Source: a virus
Lineage: Duplodnaviria; Caudoviricetes
Strand: one strand, 5' to 3'
DNA length: 43,206 bases
Virus record (IMG/VR): IMGVR_UViG_3300017700_000697
Location: 1 to 43,206 of that record
Below the pieces are notes generated by a model. The model saw nothing but the letters and a program-made list of their open reading frames with translations, was not told where the DNA came from and did no database searches. Positions 36,590 through 43,206 of this stretch are shown in pieces (positions within the stretch are counted from its first letter, which is position 1; the number at the start of each line of letters is the position of its first letter). The position numbers and the translations under genes were made by a program.

Positions 36590-37000
36590 CTAAAATTTAA
36601 AGTTTATTTTTCTTGTTCCAAAATCCAAATTAGTTTCAATATTTTGTAATGCAATGATTGAACCAATAAGTCTTTGTCGATATTCTTCGTTAGACGAAAT
36701 CCGTTCAAGTTCCTTTACTTTCAATTTCTCTAATGCTTCGGTGGATTTTGCATTTAATTCGTCGTAATTAAATTTACCCTGGCTTACCTCTGGGATCAGG
36801 CCAAAATAATCTTCGATCTCTTTTTTCGAATTAAACCCTTGTATCATACAAAGCCCTGGATGATTCAAATCTGTGAGAAAAAGCTCAAAATGCTCATCCT
36901 GGTTCCCTTTTGCATCTTCTACCAAAACTTCTTTTCCTGCCCATGCCCCTTTCTTAATTAAAAGTTTTGGTGCTTTTAAAATCTCTTCTAGTGTTGCCAT
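36590..37000 (-). CDS. Hypothetical protein
   Basis: ORF starting right after upstream stop. Confidence 0.75.
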   Translation of the reverse strand: MATLEEILKAPKLLIKKGAWAGKEVLVEDAKGNQDEHFELFLTDLNHPGLCMIQGFNSKKEIEDYFGLIPEVSQGKFNYDELNAKSTEALEKLKVKELERISSNEEYRQRLIGSIIALQNIETNLDFGTRKINFKF

Positions 37001-37001
37001 A

Positions 37002-37427
37002 CTATCCCTTCACCTTCCTACTTGTAATACTTGATCTTGTCTCGTGATAGATCAAATCGTCTTTCGCAAACTGAATGATCGTCTCAGGTGGTAACGCATC
37101 CCAAACTTTGCGAAGTGCAACGGCTGGATAGTATGCCGACTGAAAAAACACAGCCTCACCAAACCCAAGTTCCGTAAGCCGTCGCATAAGTTCAACTTTC
37201 TTCGAGTGATCTGACACCGATTCTTTGAGAAATATCTTGTTCTCGAACTTGAACTTGTATTTCACGTCGTCCAAGGTCACGTCCGTCACCATGTTGTTAG
37301 TCGCTTCTTCCAAAATCTCGGACTCAAGAGTTTTGATCTCGGTCTCGACTTCCTTTGAAACTCGTTCCAATGCTTCGAGGCGTTCCATTGCCTCTTTGCG
37401 TCTTTGCAGTTTAGCTGCGATTTCCAT
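37002..37427 (-). CDS. Coiled-coil replication-module protein
   Basis: AAGGAG SD; N-terminal coiled coil then alpha/beta domain. Confidence 0.7.
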   Translation of the reverse strand: MEIAAKLQRRKEAMERLEALERVSKEVETEIKTLESEILEEATNNMVTDVTLDDVKYKFKFENKIFLKESVSDHSKKVELMRRLTELGFGEAVFFQSAYYPAVALRKVWDALPPETIIQFAKDDLIYHETRSSITSRKVKG

Positions 37428-37541
37428 TTTCCATCTCCTTTGCAATATCATCCAAATACTGCGGTTCCATTTTTCTTTTTGGTGGGGTCAAATCTAGCTC
37501 GTCCCCGTTCCATAGCCTAACACCTTTGGGAGTCGGCTTAT

Positions 37542-38111
37542 CTAATTTTTTTTTTCGTCTAATACTTCAGCGAGTTTCGTTCCCTCCTGTGGTTTTATCT
37601 TAACATTGCCCTCGGACAAATTTTTCTTCTCTTTCGTGTCCTTTGTCTTCGCAGTCTCCAAATCTAGTTTGAAAATTGCCTGGACTGTGATCCCTGCAAT
37701 ACCCATGAGAGGTATTGGAATCGATGCCCAAAACACCCAGAACTTCTTTAGGTTATCAAGTTCTTCAATGCTTTGTAATGTCAGTTCCCGTCCACTCATG
37801 CCAGTCATGTTCGCAAACGCATAGAGGACGTTCCCAGATACGTTAATGAGAAAGAACATCACGAGGATTGAGACAAGTAAGAACACAACAAAGTATTGTT
37901 TCTTTCGCTTCGCAATAAGATCCGCAACACCCATGCCTGTTAGGACTTCAAAGATTTGGAGTCCAGCCGCCGCAAGCCATGTCATCCCAGAATCTCTAGA
38001 CGTGAATTTCTCCACGACTTTCAGAGCCTCCGAGATGTGTTCCGTTGAAAGTAGTAGCACAAAGAACGTGGCAACAAGAGTGCCGTAATATTTAATTTTT
38101 GGGTATGTCAT
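37542..38111 (-). CDS. Four-TM membrane protein
   Basis: Four hydrophobic helices, charged C-terminal tail. Confidence 0.78.
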   Translation of the reverse strand: MTYPKIKYYGTLVATFFVLLLSTEHISEALKVVEKFTSRDSGMTWLAAAGLQIFEVLTGMGVADLIAKRKKQYFVVFLLVSILVMFFLINVSGNVLYAFANMTGMSGRELTLQSIEELDNLKKFWVFWASIPIPLMGIAGITVQAIFKLDLETAKTKDTKEKKNLSEGNVKIKPQEGTKLAEVLDEKKN

Positions 38112-38113
38112 TG

Positions 38114-38413
38114 TTAATATTCCTTTTCGACGATTTCAACATCGCCATTTTTGTATTTATATTGAACTTTCCATTTTCCATCAATATATAGTTTTCTATG
38201 TGATCTGCGATAAAGTGGCTGATCATTAAAAGACCCACACCCGTTACAAACCCCTGACATAAATTCTGAATGGCTAGTAGTCTTTTTGCAAACTACACAG
38301 AAACTAGAGTCAGCTTTCCAAGGAGTGCTAGACTCAGTTAAAGTAAAATCGTTTGGATCTTTATCTGGCAAAGGTTCTATGACTTGAATCTTTTTTTTAA
38401 ATATTCCAAACAT
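38114..38413 (-). CDS. Zn-ribbon hypothetical protein
   Basis: CVVC...CNGC; AGGAG SD. Confidence 0.72.
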   Translation of the reverse strand: MFGIFKKKIQVIEPLPDKDPNDFTLTESSTPWKADSSFCVVCKKTTSHSEFMSGVCNGCGSFNDQPLYRRSHRKLYIDGKWKVQYKYKNGDVEIVEKEY

Positions 38414-38414
38414 T

Positions 38415-38600
38415 TTAGTCTCCTATCTCCTTTATCTCATCGCCATCTTTTGCGCTGATTTTGAAAATCTCGCCAATAAGTTCTTCGACGGCTTTTATCA
38501 TTTTTTGTTCTTTTTGGTTCGAATCTTCCCTAGCCAAATTGTTTATAGCGACGTTAGTCACTCCATCTTCGACGTGAATTGTTATGTGTAATGCGTGCAT
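38415..38600 (-). CDS. Hypothetical protein (MHALHITIHVEDG...)
   Basis: GAGGG SD before ATG 38600. Confidence 0.7.
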   Translation of the reverse strand: MHALHITIHVEDGVTNVAINNLAREDSNQKEQKMIKAVEELIGEIFKISAKDGDEIKEIGD

Positions 38601-38601
38601 A

Positions 38602-38730
38602 CTATCCCTCTTCCCTCTCTCCAAATTTTTCAAAAACAAAAATCAAACCTCTCACAAGACCAATCCAGGTGACGGCTAGGCCAATGTAAACAAGCGACAA
38701 ATAGATCCACGATTCAATCGACGGGGTCAT
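38602..38730 (-). CDS. Small membrane protein (42 aa, MTPSIESWIYLSLVYIGLAVTWIGLVRG...)
   Basis: Hand-translated; ATGA overlap with upstream gene. Confidence 0.7.
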   Translation of the reverse strand: MTPSIESWIYLSLVYIGLAVTWIGLVRGLIFVFEKFGEREEG

Positions 38731-38992
38731 GTTAGAAGCTCCCTAGTTTCTTCTAGGCTATTTTCAAGTTCTTCAATTTTTTGAAGCAAAAACAAGACAA
38801 CCCTGTCGCCAAGATAACGATCGTTTCTGATTTCATCGGCTTTCCAATTTTTAAAAACAGAAATTTTTCCATTTTCGTTCCAAACTTCATAGCCATCTTC
38901 TAGTTCTACTTTGTATGTGTTGGCCATATCCCTACCTTCTCCTTACCATCGTCTTTTCATAAATCCACGATTCAATCGACGGGGTCATGTTA
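38701..38992. repeat. Direct repeat R1 (34 bp, 33/34 identical): 38701-38734 and 38959-38992
   Basis: ata[g/a]atccacgattcaatcgacggggtcatgtta. Confidence 0.95.
38727..38927 (-). CDS. Hypothetical protein (cassette 2)
   Basis: ORF bounded by R2 and R1. Confidence 0.75.
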   Translation of the reverse strand: MANTYKVELEDGYEVWNENGKISVFKNWKADEIRNDRYLGDRVVLFLLQKIEELENSLEETRELLT

Positions 38993-39300
38993 CCAATCAT
39001 CGGACGCACCTCCGCCAGCGCTATCCCCGCCACCACCAGACCAATCACTGCTTGAGTCAGAATCCGAGGAAGAGGAACTACTTCCACCACCTAAACCACC
39101 AAGAATCAAACCGATGCCTAGGCCTAAAACATCCCCAAGTAAATCGTCGTCCCGACTTTTCTTTTTTGTTGTGTATGTTTGGCCGCAAATCGGACATTCA
39201 TATTTTGAATCGTCATAATAACTTTTTTCTAATTTGTAATTACAATCTTCACATTTCGCCATATCTCTACCCTCTCCTTACCATCGTCTTTTCATAAATC
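38923..39300. repeat. Direct repeat R2 (43 bp, 41/43 identical): 38923-38965 and 39258-39300
   Basis: gccatatc[c/t]ctacc[t/c]tctccttaccatcgtcttttcataaatc. Confidence 0.95.
38990..39262 (-). CDS. Zn-ribbon protein with Gly/Ser-rich tail (cassette 1)
   Basis: CEDC/CPIC; ends WSGGGGDSAGGGASDDW as in TPM/YgcG-type tails. Confidence 0.75.
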   Translation of the reverse strand: MAKCEDCNYKLEKSYYDDSKYECPICGQTYTTKKKSRDDDLLGDVLGLGIGLILGGLGGGSSSSSSDSDSSSDWSGGGGDSAGGGASDDW

Positions 39301-39857
39301 TTCAAACCTGGGATCTGTCTTTTACCGGCCTTGATACTTTGCGTAACTTTCACAGCGTTCAACTCCAGATACTCACGAGGGACTTGCGACTCGTCTATGA
39401 TGTCGTATGCCCAAACTTTGGTCTCTGAGATTTTGGGGATGACTAAAGTGCCAGGTGTATGCGTATTTCCGTTGCCGTGTTCTGCGACCGGTTCACCCGC
39501 AATCAATCTCTCTGCTTCTGCTCGTGCCTGGATCTGTGCAATCTCCCGCTCCTTTTTCTCCTCTGCTTTCACAAAGTCGGATACTTGCAAGATAAGTCTT
39601 TTGCTTAATGTTTCGGCTGGGTGCATCACAACATTAAACGCGCTGTTGATTCTTCGTTGTTCGTCGAGTGCTGGTTTGACTAAGTCTGCCCTCTTAGAAT
39701 CAAGAAGTTTTACAATCTTAGACAATCCCAGAGACGCGTCTTTTTTTGCCTGTGCGTTGTCGTGTGTGGTCTCGGATGCAAAGAGTTCTGACAGCTTCTC
39801 GACCTTAGCGAGTGCCGTGTCGATGTCTTCTTGTGGTATGACTGCGAGTTCGTTCAT
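39267..39857 (-). CDS. Gp157-like coiled-coil protein
   Basis: Long coiled coil; C-terminal IIDESQVPREYL...IKAGKRQIPGLKI. Confidence 0.6.
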   Translation of the reverse strand: MNELAVIPQEDIDTALAKVEKLSELFASETTHDNAQAKKDASLGLSKIVKLLDSKRADLVKPALDEQRRINSAFNVVMHPAETLSKRLILQVSDFVKAEEKKEREIAQIQARAEAERLIAGEPVAEHGNGNTHTPGTLVIPKISETKVWAYDIIDESQVPREYLELNAVKVTQSIKAGKRQIPGLKIYEKTMVRRG

Positions 39858-40006
39858 AAAATGTATGCCTCAATGATCAGCTTATTAGATTCTCTTGAAA
39901 TAATTTGTTCAACAGAAATCAACGTGTCGTTAATGACTGCTAATTTAAATAATTCTAGTTGGCCTAAAATAAGTTCCTTCTCTTTCTCTGTCATTTTGGC
40001 GTTCAT
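39854..40006 (-). CDS. Small hypothetical protein (50 aa, MNAKMTEKEKELIL...)
   Basis: Hand-translated; AAGGA SD; ATGA overlaps. Confidence 0.65.
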   Translation of the reverse strand: MNAKMTEKEKELILGQLELFKLAVINDTLISVEQIISRESNKLIIEAYIL

Positions 40007-40083
40007 AAAAATATTCCTTTAAGTAACCAGTAAGTCACTACTCCTGCAGTAAACCCTACACAAAAAGATTCAAATAATTTCAT
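40003..40083 (-). CDS. 26-aa hydrophobic peptide (MKLFESFCVGFTAGVVTYWLLKGIFL)
   Basis: ATGA overlaps at both ends; GAGGA SD. Confidence 0.55.
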   Translation of the reverse strand: MKLFESFCVGFTAGVVTYWLLKGIFL

Positions 40084-40238
40084 TTCCTGTCCTCAATGAT
40101 CTTGTTTACTGTGGCGTTGAAACTAACTCGAACTTGGGAGTCAGTTTGCATTTTTTTTTGAACGGCTTTCACTTTCGCTAAATTCTCAGGCGAAAGGTAA
40201 ATCGCATGGTAAGTCTTTTTTTTCATCGTTGCGGTCAT
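40080..40238 (-). CDS. Ribbon-helix-helix (Arc/CopG-like) regulator, 52 aa
   Basis: MTATMKKKTYHAIYLSPENLAKVKAVQKKMQTDSQVRVSFNATVNKIIEDRK: strand-helix-helix; AAGGA SD; not in ORF track. Confidence 0.65.
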   Translation of the reverse strand: MTATMKKKTYHAIYLSPENLAKVKAVQKKMQTDSQVRVSFNATVNKIIEDRK

Positions 40239-40252
40239 TCGTCACTTCCTTT

Positions 40253-40288
40253 TAAAATATTGTATTTTAAAATATTTTACTTTGTCAA
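40253..40288 (-). promoter_or_regulatory. Sigma70-like promoter of replication unit overlapped by operator-like palindromes
   Basis: TTGACA(40288-40283)-18 bp-TACAAT(40264-40259); TAAAATATTTTA at 40268-40279, TAAAATATTGTA at 40253-40264. Confidence 0.72.
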
Positions 40289-40306
40289 ACAAAAAAAATA
40301 AAAAAT

Positions 40307-40492
40307 TTACCACAATCCTAGGGCATCCACACAGCCTTTCGCCGGGGTATCGTCAACCATTCTCGCCTCAACCTTCCCTTTGCGATATGCCAAAAGTAAC
40401 GCATCGGATATAACCTTACGGTTCCTTGCATCCTTCGGATCTCTGGCAAGTTCTTCAAGCACGGCTGTGATTTGATCGTCAAAGCGGTTCAT
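40307..40492 (-). CDS. Hypothetical protein
   Basis: ATGA overlap start. Confidence 0.7.
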   Translation of the reverse strand: MNRFDDQITAVLEELARDPKDARNRKVISDALLLAYRKGKVEARMVDDTPAKGCVDALGLW

Positions 40493-40854
40493 GCGAGAAC
40501 CCCCATGCAACGACAATTGTAATGGAATCCGGGAGAAATATGATATCCGATAACGTAAGCCTTCTTACCTACCTGGGAATAGGTCATCACGTAATCAGTC
40601 CAGCCAAATGATACTTGGATATAGCCAATTTTACCAAATAGACGGACCAAGAAATCTTCACGCCAACTGATATTACTTCTAAAAACTGGAGTAAGACCAA
40701 GGCCTTTAATAGATTTTCTAAACTTCCCACGTCTCAAGACTCTTTCGGCTTTCTGTTTTTTAAAAGCCAATCTATCTTCTTTTGTTCTGGTTCTCTTATC
40801 AAAAGGAGTTACCCAGATAAACTCTTCCTCAGTGCCATATTTTTTTTCTTCCAT
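40489..40854 (-). CDS. Hypothetical basic protein (MEEKKYG...)
   Basis: AGGAG SD upstream of ATG 40854. Confidence 0.7.
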   Translation of the reverse strand: MEEKKYGTEEEFIWVTPFDKRTRTKEDRLAFKKQKAERVLRRGKFRKSIKGLGLTPVFRSNISWREDFLVRLFGKIGYIQVSFGWTDYVMTYSQVGKKAYVIGYHISPGFHYNCRCMGVLA

Positions 40855-40999
40855 CTCTCTTGTCTCCTTTGTGTTTATAAATCTTCGTATGAAATGTCTT
40901 ACTCTCATCTTCTACGTGTGACAGTCTTGCTTGGATAAAATAGTTCCAGGCAATCATCCCGATGAAGATGAGAAGGTAAAGAGCGTCTTTAAGATTCAC
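40829..40999 (-). CDS. Small membrane protein (56 aa, MNLKDALYLLIFIGMIAWNYF...)
   Basis: Hand-translated from GTG with AAGGA SD; one TM. Confidence 0.55.
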   Translation of the reverse strand: MNLKDALYLLIFIGMIAWNYFIQARLSHVEDESKTFHTKIYKHKGDKRDGRKKIWH

Positions 41000-41267
41000 T
41001 GTTCCTTGTTCGTGATTCTTGGATTGTCCTTTGGAGATATTGGCTAGCTTTTTCGACTACATCCTCGTCAAAAGATGTGTATCTTTGAACAACCGCATCT
41101 TGCAACTCTCTCAATTTAGTTTCTGCATTGAGACGGGCTTGGCGTTCGGATTGGAATAGCTTTAAAAATTCTTCAATGTCATCTGTAAAAAATACAGACG
41201 ACCGCAATTCTTGAGTTCTGCATCTTCTAACCCTTGTTTTTAAATTTTCAATTATTTCTTCACTCAT
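40989..41267 (-). CDS. Hypothetical coiled-coil protein
   Basis: GAGGAG SD; ATGA overlap. Confidence 0.75.
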   Translation of the reverse strand: MSEEIIENLKTRVRRCRTQELRSSVFFTDDIEEFLKLFQSERQARLNAETKLRELQDAVVQRYTSFDEDVVEKASQYLQRTIQESRTRNSES

Positions 41268-41431
41268 TCTAGTATCTCCTCGATCTTAGCTAATACTTCA
41301 TCACATGCCCAAATATATCCTTTTGGGAAACTCTGGTTTTCTTCTGCTAACCATTGCTTGGCATTTTCGGCTTGAGCCTTTTGCTCTCTCACAGCTTCTA
41401 TCAACCTCTGTTTAGGTGTGGGGGTGGTCAT
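41264..41431 (-). CDS. Hypothetical protein (55 aa, MTTPTPKQRLIEAV...)
   Basis: Hand-translated; GGAGG SD. Confidence 0.7.
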   Translation of the reverse strand: MTTPTPKQRLIEAVREQKAQAENAKQWLAEENQSFPKGYIWACDEVLAKIEEILE

Positions 41432-41659
41432 TTAGTAGCCTCCGAAAGTTTCCGACATATATTCGGCCAACTTACAATATGCTTCGGCAAAGAGTAAATT
41501 TGTTTCAACTGCTTCAACTGAAAATATTGTATGTTGCTTGTTTACGTCTCCATAAAATAATCTAAGACCCCAATCGGCAATTGGTGAATAGCCTATTTCT
41601 AACCTATAACCACGGTCTTTATTCTTTAATATGTTAAACAGATCAATGAACTCTTTCAT
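41432..41659 (-). CDS. Hypothetical protein
   Basis: GGAGGAG SD; ATGA overlap. Confidence 0.75.
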   Translation of the reverse strand: MKEFIDLFNILKNKDRGYRLEIGYSPIADWGLRLFYGDVNKQHTIFSVEAVETNLLFAEAYCKLAEYMSETFGGY

Positions 41660-41973
41660 CCTTTCTCCTCCATTAGTTCAGATAGATTGGTTTTGGTGAA
41701 ATCGGATTGGAATAAGATCTCTCTTCTGAATTTGGACGTGTCTCGAATTAAATCTCCGTCATCATCCACTTTATAAAATTCTCTTATCTCATCTAGAAAG
41801 GCTCGTTCGTTTTTGGAACAAACAGACTCTCCGTGAATAACTTTTGCGTATTCATCTTGAGTAATTCCTGCTATTTCTGGCAAAGATTTACCATCGTATT
41901 CTGATTGGTTATTTGCGAGTTTCTCTATTGCTCTTAGCATTTTTTGTGGTATTGTTTCCATCTTCTCTCTCAT
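41656..41973 (-). CDS. Hypothetical protein, possible HTH
   Basis: SLPEIAGITQDEYAKVIHG resembles an HTH. Confidence 0.7.
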   Translation of the reverse strand: MREKMETIPQKMLRAIEKLANNQSEYDGKSLPEIAGITQDEYAKVIHGESVCSKNERAFLDEIREFYKVDDDGDLIRDTSKFRREILFQSDFTKTNLSELMEEKG

Positions 41974-42254
41974 TCTCCTTTTTGTACTTTTTGTAGGTCG
42001 GCTTTGAAATTTACCTGGAATATATTTGTAGGATTATTCCCGTGATTATTGTTAGCAATCAAACCGTTTGAATATGGTAACCAAACAAACTTGTCGCTCT
42101 CCACCTCATCCAAAAACTTCCTTTGTTCTTTACCGCAAGTAGGACGGGTGGCGAGGATTTGCTCAATTTGTTCCATAAGCCTTGTGCAAACATTATCAGG
42201 TATTACTCCATAGCTTTCAATGCACTGATTTATTAAATTAAGTTGTTCGTTCAT
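41970..42254 (-). CDS. Hypothetical protein
   Basis: GAGG SD; overlaps neighbours. Confidence 0.72.
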   Translation of the reverse strand: MNEQLNLINQCIESYGVIPDNVCTRLMEQIEQILATRPTCGKEQRKFLDEVESDKFVWLPYSNGLIANNNHGNNPTNIFQVNFKADLQKVQKGE

Positions 42255-42525
42255 TTTGTTTTTTTACCTCTTTGGCATGTGGTTTGCCACTTAAATGAAA
42301 ATCTTTCATATTCATCGGCATTTCTCTATTGCATACAACACAATGGAATCGTAACGCCTGAATGACCGGTATGGGCTCAGGGCTTGGGAAATGTTTTTCG
42401 TATATTTGTTGAAACCTAGTTCTGGCGGAGTCTGTGACTTCCATCTCCCAGCTATCTCCACCACAATATTCTAGAATAGAATTTGCCAATTGAAGTGCTT
42501 CAAGCAATTCTTCTTCCTCACTCAT
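42238..42525 (-). CDS. Hypothetical protein with C-terminal C2H2 zinc finger
   Basis: FHCVVC-x11-HLSGKPH; start at MSEEEELL by ATGA overlap. Confidence 0.72.
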   Translation of the reverse strand: MSEEEELLEALQLANSILEYCGGDSWEMEVTDSARTRFQQIYEKHFPSPEPIPVIQALRFHCVVCNREMPMNMKDFHLSGKPHAKEVKKQNERTT

Positions 42526-43206
42526 ACAATCCTCATCCAATGACCGTCTGCTTCAAACACACAATCAAGGCTTCTCCATTTAACAATGATTCCTTCCTTG
42601 GCTATACAATGAACATGGCCTCTGTCGAAATCGTCATTATGAACAAAATTTACATCCACCCCAAACGGCGGAATCCACTCACTTAACTTAAACCGCGTAT
42701 CCAATGGAATCCCGTCTAGGCTGTCAAGGATGCGGTATGTTTTGTGGGGGTAGGATTGTGTTGATATCACAATGTTCGGAGTGTTATATGGTTGTGAAGC
42801 CTTGATGTGCGATTCTGTATGGTCATTTTGGTCATTGGTTCCGCTTGTTACTGCTTGGTGGCTATTCATAGATTCATACTCCTTACCTGTTTGTTTACCT
42901 ACATATTCTAGGAATTCAGTGGGTGATTCGGTGATGGTTAGGCCTCGATATAATTCATCGCCAAGAATTATTCTTCCATCCTTGAAAGAGCAATACTTCC
43001 ACATATGCCAATCGCATATTTTATTCCTAACGCCAACTATGTATCCTCGATCCTCATCACTCAACCGACTGACTTCTATCGCCATACCTTTTGCTGGTTT
43101 TACATGTGATTCCGTGTGATCGTTTTGATCGTTACCTTCAGGCACATATTCAATCCCTAGTATCTCAGCTATACCCTGGCAGAATGCGTCTCCTGTAGGA
43201 CAGTGG
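42522..43206 (-). CDS. 3' part of the 287-aa modular protein that starts at position 302
   Basis: Frame open to the window end and across the join; two NDQNDHTESH[V/I]K repeats. Confidence 0.85.
   Translation of the reverse strand, partial: HCPTGDAFCQGIAEILGIEYVPEGNDQNDHTESHVKPAKGMAIEVSRLSDEDRGYIVGVRNKICDWHMWKYCSFKDGRIILGDELYRGLTITESPTEFLEYVGKQTGKEYESMNSHQAVTSGTNDQNDHTESHIKASQPYNTPNIVISTQSYPHKTYRILDSLDGIPLDTRFKLSEWIPPFGVDVNFVHNDDFDRGHVHCIAKEGIIVKWRSLDCVFEADGHWMRIV
43084..43206. repeat. Terminal direct repeat, copy 2
   Basis: Identical to 1-123. Confidence 0.97.

Noticed and set aside
38701-39300. R1/R2 repeats as a CRISPR array, DGR template/variable repeat or att sites
   Set aside because: Only two copies each, enclosing whole genes; no cas, reverse transcriptase or integrase; mismatches not adenine-specific
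40021-40051. AAGTAAC/AAGTCAC resemblance to origin repeats at 28267-28281
   Set aside because: Short, gapped match inside a coding region; plausibly chance
1-43206. Stop-codon recoding, introns/inteins, tRNA or structured ncRNA genes
   Set aside because: Core genes are intact and of normal length in the standard code, TAA/TAG/TGA all end genes, and I saw no cloverleaf in the few intergenic gaps; tRNAscan-SE/Infernal were not run

Overview
The window is an apparently complete, circular ~43.08 kb tailed-phage genome: bases 1-123 repeat exactly at 43084-43206, and one ORF reads through the join. It has a short contractile tail (myovirus-like). Nearly all genes are on the minus strand in four apparent units: early small genes (1957 through the join to 40307), regulation/replication (40238-29686; RHH regulator, SSB-like protein, VRR-NUC, SNF2 helicase, P4/D5-type primase-helicase), a small unit (29551-28967), and a late operon (28052-2070; terminase, head, tail, baseplate, lysis). 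I saw no integrase, DNA polymerase, tRNA or CRISPR. Gene order and Asn(-1) lipoboxes suggest a spirochaete (Leptospira-like) host; this is inference. The standout is a four-gene sugar cassette (SDR 4-ketoreductase/epimerase, NDP-hexose C-methyltransferase, two glycosyltransferases with three GT-A domains) translationally coupled between terL and the head genes, a candidate virion-glycosylation system using a C-methyl-branched deoxysugar. Also notable: a membrane-anchored DUF2213-like prohead protease with recurring A-x-N motifs in head precursors, two unrelated genes in tandem within identical repeat borders, leaderless promoters, an RHH/operator circuit, a GTCAC iteron cluster and a -1 tail-chaperone frameshift. 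All family calls come from motif recognition and synteny by eye, not database searches.
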